Position numbers and translations under genes: made by a program | Notes under the pieces: generated by a model | What the model was told of the DNA's origin: nothing | What the model saw: only the letters and a program-made list of their open reading frames with translations | Databases searched by the model: none | Origin: Scenedesmus sp. PABB004 | Lineage: Eukaryota | Assembly (NCBI GenBank): GCA_014905635.1 | Contig: JABVCE010000032.1 | Span: forward strand, 124,001 to 188,000 | Direction: 5' to 3' | DNA length: 64,000 nt | Shown here: positions 25,435-40,743 of the stretch, one piece after another | Numbering within the stretch: position 1 is the stretch's first letter | Layout of the letters: the number at the start of each line of letters is the position of its first letter

Positions 25435-27298
25435 GCTGCGCGTGCGGCCGGCGCTGCGGGGCGGCGGCGGCTCTGACAGCCAGGCGGCGCACTGCGCGGG
25501 ACACGCGCTGCAGCCGCGGTGGCGCGGGCAGACTGCGCGACAGCAGCAGCAGACGGGGTTTTGGCGCCCTGCAGACTGAGGCCCGCCAGCCAGCGCGCCG
25601 GTGAGCACCCGAAAGACGCAGGCCGGCGCGAAGTTGCTGCTGGTGTGCGTGCGCCGTTGCACAGCCACAGCGCCAGCCGCCACGTTGCGCAGCTGCCAGC
25701 CGCAGCAGCGGCCACCACGCCATGCCGCAAATCTGCGACCAGGAGGGCAAACGAGCGCGGCGCAGACACCTGCGCCGCCCACCGCGCTTCCGCCGCGTGC
25801 GCGCTACGCAGTCAGCGCGCTGGCAGCGCCGCCCCTGTGCAGTGAGGGCGCCACACGCAAGCAACGCGCGTGCACGCCCATTGGGCAACGCTGGCGCTGC
25901 CCTGCAGCAGACAGTGTCCGCAGCAAGGCGGTGCGGCGCCTGCCCCTCACGCGCGCGCTGTGCCGCGCTGCTCGGGGTCACCGCGACCGACCGGCCTGCT
26001 GCCGCCCGGCCTGGGGCCCCCGCCACGCGTCGGGCGGCCGTCTGGCGCCAGCCCGCCGCGGCCCTGTCCTGGTGTGGGGCCGCGCTCGGCGCCGCCGCCG
26101 CTGCCCCCTCGCGTGCTGTCGGGCGCTGGCGACCGGCCCTCGCCGCGCGGCTTGCCGCGGCCGCCCTCCACGTAGCTGCCTGCAGCGTGCAGCACACAGC
26201 ACGCGTGTTGGCCCCGCGGTGGACGAGGGTGGCGGAAGCGGCGCTGTGCGCGCAGTGCACGCCCACGGCAGCGCCACGGCAACGCAGCCGGCGCCCCCCC
26301 CCCCCCAGCGCCCCAGGATGCATGCTCACCTCCGCGCCCGCCAAACGCGCCAGCGGAGCAGGAGCGCCTGAAGTCGCCGCCGCCGCGGCCGCGGCCGCCC
26401 GTGCCGGCGGCGACCATGCTCATGCGCACAACCTTGGGGATCTTGGGCAGCACGCTCACGCTCACCGCACCCAGCACCAGCGGGCGCGTCTTGTAGTCCA
26501 CCAGCACCTGCGACCAGCCCCGGCGTCAGGCCCCGCGCGGCTTGCCCCTGCCGCGGTGCGCCCGACCGACCTGCACGGCGCACCAAGCAGGCCGGCCCGC
26601 CGCACCTTTTGCGCAGACGCTTCTTGCGCAAAGTCGATGTACGCCGTGTTGGTTTCGTGCGTGCGGCTGGGCACGACCAGCACGTTGGTGATGGGGCCGT
26701 AGCTCTCAAACAGCGCTGCCAGCTGCTCGCAGGTGGTGGTGCCGGGGATGCCGCGCAGGTAGATGCCCGACGCCTCTGCCGCCGCGCAGGCCTCCGCGCC
26801 GCCCCCGTCGCCGCCCGCCGAGGCCGGCTCGCGCTCGGCCCAGGCGCCGCCGGCGGGCGCGACCGGATCCGCGGCCGCCGGCGTGGCCGCGGCGGCGCCC
26901 GCGTCGGCGGGCGCGCCGGGCAGCGCGCCCGCGCTGCAGCTGCTGCTGCTGCTGACCGAGCCAGACGCTGCGGCCGCACGCGGGGCGCCGGCGCCCGCAG
27001 CGCCCCCCGCGCCGGGGCGCCCCGTTTTGAGCCGCTCCTCATACGAGAGGGGCGCGGCCGCGGGCGACGGCGCGCCCTCGCCCTCCCGCGCGCCCGCGGC
27101 GGCGCCAGGCGCAGCCGCGCCCCCGGCAGACGCTGCCGCCGTCGCCGCTGCCGCCTGCTCTTGCTCCGGCTGCTGCGGAGCCGCGGCGGCCCTGGGCGTG
27201 GCCGGCCCCAGGTCGCCCTGCTGCTGCTGCTGCCCCGGCCGCGCGGCGCCGGGCGGCGGCGCCCTGGCGGCGCCGGCCACCGGCGGCGGCGCTGGGCC
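25435..27298 (-). pseudogene. Tandem copy of the 3' half and downstream region of the G3BP-like gene (about 22610-24395), lacking NTF2
   Basis: Near-identical RRM/RGG exons and introns; stop at 25947; homology ends abruptly at 27298. Confidence 0.9.
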
Positions 27299-27540
27299 TA
27301 CCCGCACGCTGCTGTGGAGGACCAAGGGGCAGCGTCACATGCGTTTTTGCGGCGCTTGTTCTGCGCCTCCATCACCGCCCCGGCCTCACAGTCGCTCCCG
27401 GCGCTCCGCCGCTCGCCGCACGCCACCCGCGCGACCCGGCGCCGCTCGCAGGCCCCAGTCGCTGCTGCGCTGCGCCCGCGGCCCAGCTCGCCGGCGCCCG
27501 GCCTCCCTGCGCGCGCTCGCGCCCCGGGCGGCCGCTCAAG

Positions 27541-28713
27541 ATGTACAACAACATCGGCCTGCTCACCCCCCGCGGCAGCGGGACCAGCGGGCATGTGCAG
27601 GCCAACAAGTTCAACATGCGCCGCGCCCCCGTGCCCCGCTTCGGCGAGCCGGGCGCCGGGCCGCCGCCGCCGGCCGACAAGAAGCCCAACGCGGCCATCC
27701 TGGAGCACAACCGCAAGCGCCAGGTCGAGGTGAAGCTGCTGGAGCTCCAGGACGCGCTCGAGGAGCAGGGGTGCGCCGCTGCTGCCGCCGCCGCCGCCGC
27801 CGCTGCCGCCGCTCCGCGCACGCCGCACCGTGCACGCCGCCCACGTGCCCCCACGTGCCCCGGCACAGGGCGGCGGCCGAGGAGGTGGAGGCGGCGCTGG
27901 CGGCGCGCCGCGCGGAGCTGCTGGCGGAGCTGGAGCGCGAGGCCGGCGGCGACGCGGGCGGCCGGCCCAGCACCGAGACGCACAGCGTCGCGCAGCGCAA
28001 GCAGGAGCAGATGGAGAAGATGCGCAAGGCGTTCGGCCTGGGCGAGGTGCGGCGTCGGGCGGGCGGCGGCGGTGGGCGCGGGCCGCGCGTCGCCGTGCTC
28101 ATGAAGCGCCGCCGCCGCCGCCGCTGCTCCGGTCTGCGCGCGCCAGGTGGTGTGGGGCGAGGCGTTCGACCCGGAGGCGCAGGCCAAGAAAAAGCAGGAG
28201 CGCATCGAGCAGCAGCGGCGGGACGAGAAGGCGGCGTACGACGCGCGCGAGGCGTGAGTGCTGCCGAGAGAGCGGCGACAGGCGCTGCGCCTCTGCGCCG
28301 CCCCCGCTGCGCCGGCGGCGCGGCCGCCGTGCATGCCGCCGCACGACGCTGACGCGCCGACGCGCCGCCCGCCGCGCGTCCCCGCAGCGCTCGCAAGGAG
28401 AGGGCGGCGCGCGCCTCGCGGGACCGCGGGCGCGCGCAAGAGAAGAAGCCCGCCCTAGGCGGCGACGCCCGCGGCGACACGCGGCGCGACGACGGGCCGC
28501 ACGACCGCGACCGCCTGCCGGCCCGGGAGGGCGGCTACTACGGCGCCCGCGACGCGGCGCCGCAGCGCTTCGACCCGGACGACGGCGGCGTGGCATCCCC
28601 GCGCCGACGCGGCAGCGACGACGGCAACGGCGGGCGTGAGGCCGGCCGCGGCGAGCGCAGCGGGCGGCGCCGCAGCCGCAGCCGCAGCGGCCGCAGCCGG
28701 TCGCGACGCTCCC

Positions 28714-28752
<39 letters not shown>

Positions 28753-28916
28753 GCAGCGGCAGCAGCAGCAGCAGCTCGTCCAGCTCGGGCAGCTCCAGTA
28801 CCAGCAGCGGGTCGAGCGACTCGGCCGACAGCGGCAGGCGCAAGCGCCGCGCCGCGCGCGGCAGCGAGCGGTCGCCGGCGCGCGATGGCAAGCGGCGCCG
28901 GCGCGGCTCGCCGTGA
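27541..28916 (+). CDS. CWC21: Pre-mRNA splicing factor CWC21/SRRM2-like
   Basis: MYNNIGLLTPRGSGTSGHVQANKF, AILEHNRKRQVEVKLLELQDALEEQG, ETHSVAQRKQ; RS/poly-Ser tail. Confidence 0.9.
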
Positions 28917-29100
28917 GCGGCCTGCGCTGGTCGGCCTGCGCGCTGGTGGGCTGACGCGCTGCGCGCGCTGCAACAGCCGCGCTGCGCGCGCTGCAACAGC
29001 CGCGCCGCGCGGTGCGAGCCGGTCGCGCCGGTAACGAGTGGTTACCGCACGCACGAATGGCTCCTCTCCGTCGAGAGCCCCCGCCGACCCGCCCGCCCCG

Positions 29101-29803
29101 TCACGCCGCGCCTGGCGACGCCTCGCCGCCGCCGGGCGCCGCCTCGCCGCCGGCGCTGCTGCTGCTGTCGCCGTCGCCCGCGGGCGCCTTGAAGCTGCGC
29201 TCCGGCAGCTCCTCGCCCGTCTTGACCAGGTAGCGCACCTTGGCGCCGTCGGGCGACACCCTGACGCCCACGCGGCTGCGCGTCTGCCGCGCCGTGCTGT
29301 AGTGCATGACGTTGGAGTGGTGGATTGGGCTCTCCTGCCGCTTCTGCTGCCCCTGCTCGTCCTTGGTGCGGGGCGCGACGTTGCGGACGGTGATGTTGAC
29401 GCCCTTGACAACCACGAGGCCGCGCGTCGCGATGACCTTCTCCACCTCGGCCACCGTGCCCTTGTCCTTGCCCGCGACGACCTGTGGGTGGGTGTGGGTT
29501 GGCGCGAGAGGGGGGAGCAGACGCGGGGGCGCGCTCTGCCGCCGCTGCCGCTCCCAGCAGCCGCCCTCCTCGCATCCGCGCCTGCACGATGTCGCCCTTC
29601 TTGACGTGCATCTTGACCTTGACCGGCTTGCCGTTGCCGTTGACCTCGGTGCGCTCCCAGGGCTTGCCGCCGCCGAGGTTGACGCGGTTGCCGTAGTGCG
29701 CGACGACGGCGCAGCCGCCGCCGGCGCCGCCGCGGCCCGCGCGGCCCGGCGCCGCGACGTAACGCGCGCTGCGCAGCCCGGCGCCCAGGAAGGCGCTCTG
29801 CAT
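29101..29803 (-). CDS. RPL24: Plastid ribosomal protein L24; 2 exons with a GC-AG intron
   Basis: Transit peptide MQSAFLGAGLR; KMHVKKGDIVQ|VVAGKDKG, ESPIHHSNVMHYS. Confidence 0.9.
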
Positions 29804-30384
29804 GATGATGATAGGGTGGGAGTGGAGCTGGAGGTGCTGCGGCCTGCGCGGCGGCGGCAGCGGCGGCGGTCGGCGAGCAGCGGCGGCGGCGGGCGCCGCG
29901 CCAACGGCCAATTGCGGCCCGCTGCCCGCGCGGCGGACTGTGCTGCTGAGCGGGGAGGCCGTCGCGGCTGGGCGGCTCGCGGGAGCAGGCGCCGCCCGGC
30001 CGGCCACACGATGCCGGGGCGCGGCGCCGGCGCAGGGAGGCACAGGCCGCGCGCCCATTGCACCGCCGCCGACGGGCGCGACTAGGACGACCAGCCGCAG
30101 CGCGCCAGCGCCTCGCGCGGGGCAGGCCGGCGCGCCCCCGCCCGCGGCCGCCGGCGCACCCCGCTGCTCGCCGCGGCAGGCGCGCGTGCCCCGCCCTCGC
30201 TGTCGTCGTTGTCGTGCCTCGGGCTGGGCAAATGCACCGGGGAGGAGGGCGGATGAAGGCAGAGGCAGCCGGGTTCTGCGGGCGTCACCAGGAGCCCGCG
30301 CTGATCGTTCGGGACGCGCGGAGAGCCTCACACAGCCACGCACGCTAGAAGGCGAGCAGCGCGCCGCCCGCACCCACACGCAAG

Positions 30385-30677
30385 ATGGGCGCGTTCGCGT
30401 CCAAGGCCGACTCGGGGCCGCCCCCGATGCCGTCCTTTGCCGCGGCGGCAACGTCGCCCCTGGTGGCGCAGGCGGTGCAGGAGCTCAAGCAGGCGCGCGG
30501 GAGCGGGGGCGGGGCAGCAGCACGCAGCAGCAGCGGCCGGGCTCCCTCCACCGTGGCCGGGGGGCGCGTCCAGAGGCCTCAGGCGCAGCCCAGGGCCCAG
30601 AACAGCCGATCGGCGCGCGGGCGCGCGCCCAGGCGGCGCCGGCGCGGCGCAGCGCGGCCCACCGCGCGCTCCGCCGC

Positions 30678-30713
<36 letters not shown>

Positions 30714-32323
30714 GTAGGAGCCGCGCGCGGACTACCTCAACCTCCCGCCGCCGGTGCGGTACGAGGACATCCAGCGCGAGGTCATGAGTGAGTCCGCGGA
30801 GGAGCGCCGGGCGCGTCCAGCAGCGCCACGCGCCGCGCCGACCTCACCGCCGCCGCGCTCCCCCCGCAACCCGCAGTGGCGCTCAAGCCCGACGTGTTTG
30901 AGGGCCTGCGCTTCGAGATCACGCGCCCGCTCAACCAGAACTTTTTCCTCACGCACAGGCGCGCGCGCGGCGGGCGGCGGCGCAGCGCGTGCGCCCCTGC
31001 CGCCTGCCCCCGTCCCCGCGCGGCCCGCCCAGCGACCCTCCCTGCCCCCCGCACACAACAACAACAACACAGCCTGTTCCTGGGCAACCTCGAGCTGCCG
31101 GGCGCGGCGACGGGGAGCAAGCAGATGCTCAAGGTCCCGGTCGGCACGTACGAGTTTGGCGCCAACCTCATCAGCGAAAAGGGGGTGCGCGCGCTGCCCG
31201 CCGGGCTGCCGGCGCGCGCGCGGCTGCAGCGCGGTCTCGGCGCCGCTGCCCGCGCGCGCCGCCGCTCACGCCCGTCCCCGCCGCCGCCGCCGCACCGCAG
31301 CACTTTGCGCTGGGCCGCATCACGACGGACGGCCGCCTGTCGGGGAGGCTGAAGTGCGCACGCGGCACCGCTGTGCGCGGGCAGGTTGCCCCGTCCCGTC
31401 CCGCGCGCGCGCACGACCGCCGCTGCGCCGCCGCCGCGCGCAGGTACGACGTCGCGGAGTGGCTGAGCAGTCGGGTCAACATGCAGCTCAGCAACGAGGC
31501 GGGGCAGTCGCAGGTGATGGCCGACATCGACGTCAAGGGGCGCGACTGGAACGGCCAGGTCAAGCTGGGCACGCCCCAGTTCCTGGGTGCGCGGGCGGGC
31601 AGCGGGCCGGGGGCAGCGGGGCAGGGGCCGCTCGGCGGCCGGCGCTGGCAGCGCGCCGCCGCACCATGCCGTCCGCCCGCGCAGGCCTCAACTACTTCCA
31701 GTCGGTCACGCCCGCGCTCTCGGCCGGCGGCGAGTTCTTCTGGCTCGGCGGCCAGCTGCGCAGCGGGCTGGGCCTGGCGGTGCGGCACACGGGCGACAGC
31801 CACATCGCCACGCTGCAGGTCGCGACCACGGGCATCCTGTCGGCGCAGTACGCGCACAAAGTCACGGACAAGGCGCGGCGCCGCCGCCGCCCCGCCGCCG
31901 CCCCGCCGCCGCTGGCGCCAGCTCACCAGCTCCCCCCTGTGGCCGCGGGCGCCCCCAGGTGACGCTGGCGACCGACCTGCTGTGGCACTGGGCCAGCCGC
32001 GAGGCCACCGCCACCGTGGGCTACGACGTCGCGCTGCGCCAGGCGCGGCTGCAGGGCAAGATCGACAGCGTAGGCGCGTCGCGGCGCGTGGCGTGGCGGC
32101 GGGACCGTCTGCCCTGCCGGCCTGCTGCCGCTGCGTGCAGCGCGCAGCGAGCGAGTGGCAAGACGGCACACTCTTGCCCCTTGCTGCCGCCGCCCCCGCA
32201 GGCGTGGTGAGCTGCTTCATCATGGAGCGCTTTGCGCCGGGCATCAACTTCCTGCTCAGCGCGGAGCTGGACCACGCGCACAAGAACTACAAGTTTGGCT
32301 TCGGCTTCACCGCCGGCGAGTAG
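30385..32323 (+). CDS. TOM40: Mitochondrial import channel TOM40, multi-exon
   Basis: [74 protein letters not shown]. Confidence 0.93.
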
Positions 32324-32758
32324 TGAGGCCGCGCCGCGCCGCCAGCCAGCGCGCCCGGCCTCGTGCGTCGTGCGGCGGGGTTGCCGGTCTGGGGCGCCGC
32401 ACCGGAAGTAATTGCCACCGTGCGTCACGGCGGGTGGGGCCCGCGCGGCACAACCGGCGGTTGTGCAGCCGCTGCTTCGGTCGCCAGTCACGACGCCGAG
32501 CTGTCGCGCCGCCGCTCCCGCACCACGACTCTCAAAGCTCGGACGCCGCTCAGCCCGCCCCAGCGAACGCAGGAGCAGCCGCAGCAGCCGCCGCGGCGGC
32601 GCGTCTCCGCGCCTGTTGAGCGGCCAGCTCGCGCAGCAGACCGCCGCTGGCTCACTCCACGCACGCGTGACAAGCATCCGCACGTCACCCGTTGCCACAC
32701 GCCACAGCGGCATGCAGGCAATGGCGGAGCGCGGCACGGCGGGCGCGTGATTGTCAAC

Positions 32759-34194
32759 ATGCTGCTGCTGCGGCAGCTCGCGGCGGCTGGGCCGCCTGCC
32801 CGCCGAGCGGCGCTGCTGTTCGCACTGGCCAGCGCGGCGCTGCTGGTGGTCAACAAGGCGCTGCTCGAGGCGTGGCCGACGGGCGGCGCGGCGAGCGTGG
32901 CGGCGCTGCAGCTGGCCAGCACCGCCGTGGTGACGGCGCGGGCGGCGCGCGGTGGCAGCGCGCCGGGTGATGACAGCAGCACGCCGCCACCGCTCCTGCA
33001 GCGGGCCCGGCTGCGCGAGGCGGCGCCGCTGGCGGGGGCGCTCGCGGCTGCGGTGCTGTGCCGCCTCGCGGCGCTGCGGCACGCGAGCGTGGACGCCGTG
33101 GTGGCGGTGCGGTGCTGCACGCCCGCGGCGGTGGCACTGGCGGAATGGCTCTTCCTCGGCGGCAGCGCGCCGGGCTGGGCGCCGCTCGCGCTCAGTCTCG
33201 CGCTCGCGGCGGCGGCGCTGAGCCTGCACCTCGTGGCGCTGCCGCCCGCCACGCTGGCGTGGCTGGGCTGCTGGCTGCTCAACGCCGCGCTGCACGCGCT
33301 GCTGGCCGCGCACCAAGCGCGTGGTGGCGGCGGCGCGTCCGCCGCGGCGCGGGCGGCGCGCGAGAGCGCGGTCGCGGCTGTGCCGTGCCTGCTGGCTGCC
33401 GCCGCGCTGGACACGCCGGGGCTGCCCCGCGCGGCGGCGCAGTTCGGCGCCGGCGCGGCGGCGCTGCTGGCTGCGTCGTGCGCGCTCGCCTGCGCCGAGA
33501 GCTGGCTGGGCTGGGCGGTGCGCGACGCGACGCCCGGCGCGGCGGCGAGCCTCGCCGTGCTGGGCCAGGTCGCCAAGCTAGGCAGCGTGGGCGCGAGCGC
33601 GTTGGCGTGGCCGGCGCAGCGCCCCGGTGGACTGGCGCGGGGGCTGCTCGTCGCGGCCGTGCTGGCGGTCGGCGCGTATTCGCAGCGGCCACCGGGCAAG
33701 CAGCAACACGGCGCCGGCGCCAAGGGCAAGGAGGCGGCGGGCGACCCCGCGCGCGTGTGGTGGGGCGCCGTGAGCACCGCCGCTGCGGTGGCGGGCCTTG
33801 TGTGGCTGCTGGCGTCGGCGGGCAGGGCCGCCAACAGGCGAGCGGGGGCGCGGGGCGGCAGCGAGCAGCAAGCCGGCGGCATGCCGCGCTGCGCGCGTCT
33901 GCTGTGTTCGCTCGCGCTAACGCTCCGGCTGCTCTCCCGCCCCGCAGCAACTCGCCGGCCGTGGCGCGGAGCAGGCACCAGCTGGAGCAGGAGCTGCACC
34001 TGCTCAGGCAGGAGCTGCACCAGCTGCGCGGCCAGGCGGTGCGGCTGGAGCAGGAGGTGGTGCACCGAGCTCAGCAGCACCTGCCGCTCATGCACACCTA
34101 CCACGGCGGGCGTGGCGGCCCGGGTGGGGGGCCAGGTCGCAGCCAGGACGTCGACGGCGGCGGCCGAGGCAGGAGCGGGGACGGCGGCGGCGGC

Positions 34195-34226
<32 letters not shown>

Positions 34227-35678
34227 CACAGGCGATGACGGTGGCGGGAACGCCGGAAGCGGCGGCGGCGCCGGCGGTGGAGGTGGCGGCGCGCCTGCGG
34301 CGGCGCTGGGCGCTGGCGACCGCCTCGCGCGGCTGCGCGCGGCGGCGTCCAGGCCCATCCGCGTGGTGCTGATGACGGGCACGTTTTTCACCATCGACCC
34401 CAAGAGTACCGCCAACTGCTCCCTCGACGGCGTGCCCCTCGACTGCTCCGTCTCCAGCGACCAGTCCAAGGCGCGGACGCGCGCCGGCGGCGGTCTCCCT
34501 CACCCACGCCCGCGGCTGCGCCCGCGTCGGCGCACCGCGCCCGCGGCGAGCGGCCCGGCGGGGCTGCGGCCCGGCCCCACGCGCCGACGCGCGCACATGC
34601 CACAGGAGTCGGTCGAGGCGGCAGACTGCCTCTACTACCACGTCCCCTCCTTCAGCGGCGCGCCGCGCGCCAAGGCCCACCCCGGCCAGCTGCGCCTCGC
34701 GATGAGCCTGGAGAGCGCGACGTACTACTCCCAGCTCGACAACCCGGCCTTCATGTGCGCTTTTGACGCCGAGATGAGCTACCGCCAGTGCGCGCAGGTC
34801 GTCAACTGGTACAGCCTGGAGACCTTCCATGAGCTCTTCGAGGTGCGCGCGCCTGCACGCGCGCAGCTCTCGTAACCGCCGCCCGCGTCGCGCCATCAGC
34901 TGGCCGCCGCCGCCCCTCTCTCGCGCGCAGACGCCGCTAGTGCCGTTTGAGGACAAGGTGCACGCGATCGCCTACATCAACAGCAACTGCGGCGCGCACT
35001 CGGGGCGCGCCGCCATCATGCGCGAGCTCATGGCACTCAACGGCTCCGTGCCCGTGCACAGTCTCGGCGGCTGCGACCGCAACACGCCCTGGCCGCCCGG
35101 CAACCCCAGCAAGCGCGCGGTGCAGGCGCGCTACAAGTTTTGCGTGACCATGGAGAACAGCCTGGCCGCCGACTACGTGACCGAGAAGCTCTGGGACGGC
35201 CTGGCCGCCGGCTGCGTGCCCGTTTACATGGGCAGCCCGCGCGTGCGGGGGATGGTCCCCGACGCCGCGGGCGTCATCATGTACGACCCCGCCGGCGGCG
35301 GCGACGCGGCGAGCCCCCAGGAGCTGGCCGACCTGCTGCAGCGCATCGGCGGCGACAGGGCGGCGTACGAGCGGATGCTGGCGTGGAAGCACCGCAAGGT
35401 GCGCCGCGCTGGGCCGCAGCGGCCTGCCCTGCGCGCACAGCGTGTGAGCCCGCCACCCGCCACCGCGCTGCCATCTGCAGCCGGAGGAGCAGCCCAACGC
35501 CCTCTTCCGCTACCTCTGGTCGGTGCAGCACGTCTCGGGCGAGTGCTTCCTCTGCCGCTTCCTGGCAGCGCACCGCCTCGACCCGCGGCCGCGCTACACG
35601 ACCTGCCTCTTCAACGAGACCTGGATGCGCGAGGCCAAGCAGCAGCCCGTGGACGCGTCGTTCCGCTGCCCGGCCTGA
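32759..35678 (+). CDS. Fusion gene: GDP-fucose-transporter-like (GFT1/GONST3-4) domain + TM + coiled coil + GT10 fucosyltransferase; exons 32759-33837, 33948-34470, 34606-34842, 34931-35398, 35481-35678
   Basis: N-terminal FALASAALLVVNK...ALQL...LRHASVDAVVAVRCCTP...LGQVAK; C-terminal GT10 motif YKFCVTMENSLAADYVTEKLWDGLAAGCVPVYMG and IAYINSNC; the splices keep a single frame. Confidence 0.8.
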
Positions 35679-35942
35679 GCGCGCGCCGGCGCTGGCCGCT
35701 GCTGGAGGGGCAGTGCGGCGGCGGGGGCCGCGAGCGCGCGCGCGTGAGCTGCTTGAGCAGGTCGGGCGGTGGTGCGTGTTACTGGGACCGGCCAGCCGCC
35801 CGCTCGGCGCAAGCATGCGCCGCCACAACTAGTGTACAGAGAGGGGCCAGGTTGGGGAGTACAAGGAGCGCGCGCTCAATTGCAGCGGCGCCTTCCAGCG
35901 GCGGGCGCGCGACGTGCGGCAGCGCCGAGGGGAGGAGGGCAT

Positions 35943-38454
<2,512 letters not shown>

Positions 38455-38694
38455 GATGCCGGGGGTGATGTGTGGGGTGGCCACGCGCACGCGGCGGCGG
38501 AGGCCGGAATGTGTGGGGTGCGAGCGGGCGGCGTGCGGAGAGCCAGAACGAGTGGCAGCGGCGGCGCAGTTCAACCGCCGCACCCTCGCGCCGCCGCAAG
38601 CGGCGACGTCTAGTTACGCTCGCTCTCCGCTCGCGCGAGCACGCGATCAATGAAGAGTGCACGCCCTAGGGTACACGGCGCACACGCGGTGCAC

Positions 38695-40697
38695 TCAGCG
38701 CTGCCGCGCGCCCTGCCGCCCCGCAGCCTCGGCCGCGGCGGGCGCGGCCGCCCCTGCTCGCGCTGGCCCCGGCGGTGCCTGCTGCCGTTGCTGCTGCTGC
38801 TGCTGCTGCGCCTGCTGCGCCTGCCGCCGCCGAGGCTGCTCGCCCGCCGCGCTGGCACCGACGGCGCCCCCGCCGCCGTAGGCGCGCTTGGCGCGGCTCG
38901 CGTCGTCGAACCATCCGCCCACGTCCGACTCGCTCGGGGTGTAGGCGGTCACGCTCGCGGGCGAGTCGCGCGTGCCCGCGCCCGCGCCCGCGAGCACGCG
39001 CAGCCCCTCCACGCCCGTGAGCGCGCTGTGCGCCGCCGCGAGCAGGTTGTCGAGCAGCTGCTCCTGCGGCTGCGGCGGCCGGCCCAGCTCGGCGACCTGC
39101 AGGAAGCGCTCGGTCGCGTCCTCCCACGTCAGGCGGTGCAGCTGCTCCGCCGACAGCGGCGCGGGGTCGCGCGCCATGGCGTGCCGCAGGCAGCGGCTGA
39201 ACTCGTCCGGCGTCCTGAAGGGGGGGGGGGGGGGGGGCGTCGGCGGGCGCCGGCGGCGGCGTTGAGCGGCGGGCGCCGCGCGCGGGACGGGCGGCGCGCC
39301 GGCGGGCGCTCAGAACGCGCCTGTAGACGAGGCAGTTTGGGAACTGCGCGAAGAACTCGTTGCTGGGGTGCTCCGCGCACACGACCCACTTGCCCATCGC
39401 CAGCGCCTCGGCGGTGGTCGTCGCGACGACGTCGCTGAGGCTGGGGTTGATGAAGACCTTGTAGTCCGCGAGCGACGCGTCCGCGTGGTCGCGCGGGCCG
39501 TTGAAGTGCAGGTTCAGCCGCCGCGACGCCGCCTCCTGCTGCACCGCCTGCGCGGGCCACGGCGGCGGCGGCGGCGCAGGGGCGCGTGCGTGCCGGCGCC
39601 GGGTCGGCAACGACGGGTCGGCGGGTGGCGCGGGGCTGCGGAGCGGGGCTACGGTGCGCCCCTGCGGCGGCGCACCGGCAGGTCGGGCCCGGCGCCGTAG
39701 ACGTCCACCTCCACGTTGTCGCCCGTCGCCGCGGCGTGCTCGTTGAGGCGCTCCAGCAGCTCCGTGTAGCCCTTGGCCCACAGCACCTTGCCCAAAAAAT
39801 AGGCGCCCTGCGCCGGCGAGCCGGCCACGTCCGCGGTCAGGCCGCGCCAGCCGGCCCGGCCCCGCGCCGCCCCGCCCAGCGCCCCCAGCGCGCGCCTTGG
39901 ACCACGCGCGCGCGCCCTGCGCCGCCGCCGCTGCCTTGGCCTCGCCGACGCGCAGGAAGTTGGGGCTGACGCCGTGCACAAACATGGTCTCCTCGCGCGG
40001 CAGCGGCTGCACCGCGTCGCTGAGCTTGATGACCTTATGGCAGTAGATGCGGCACACCCAGGCGTTGATGTGCCTGCACGCAGCGGCGGGGGCGCGGCGC
40101 GCGCCGTCGGCGCCAGGGTGCATGCGGTGCCGTCCCCGCGTGGCGAGCGCCCGCACCGCAGCAGCGCCTCCTTGATGTGCCCCCGCTCCTCGCGGCGCGC
40201 GTAGTCGAGGTAGTTGGTGTGCATCACGCCCACGACGTGCTGGAACTTGTCCGTCCAGCGCCGCCCGTGGTGGTACCTGCGGCGGCCGCGGCGGCAGCGC
40301 TCAGTGAGGGCCGGCACGCCCGCGCACGCGCTGGACGGGCGCTGCGAGCGCGCACCAGTTGAGGTGCTCCGGCTCCTCCAGCACCGCAACGTCCGCCTCG
40401 GCATCGGGGATGTACTGCGTGATGTCGCCCACGGGCAGGATGCTGCCTGCAGCACCGGGCGGCGGCGGCCGCGCGTGAGCGCGCGGCCTGCAGCGGGCGC
40501 CGCGACACGCCTGCCGCGCCGCGCCGCGCCGCACCCTTCTCCGGCGCGTAGCGGCCGGGGTAGAAGCGGACCTTGAAGCCGCACGCCAGCCCCGTGCGCT
40601 TCTGCGCCCACTCCCGCACAAACGCCTCCTGGTCGGCCGGGGAGTCAAAGGTGACGGTGTTGGGAAAGACGCGCTCCTGGTCCGGCCGCGACAGCCT

Positions 40698-40743
<46 letters not shown>

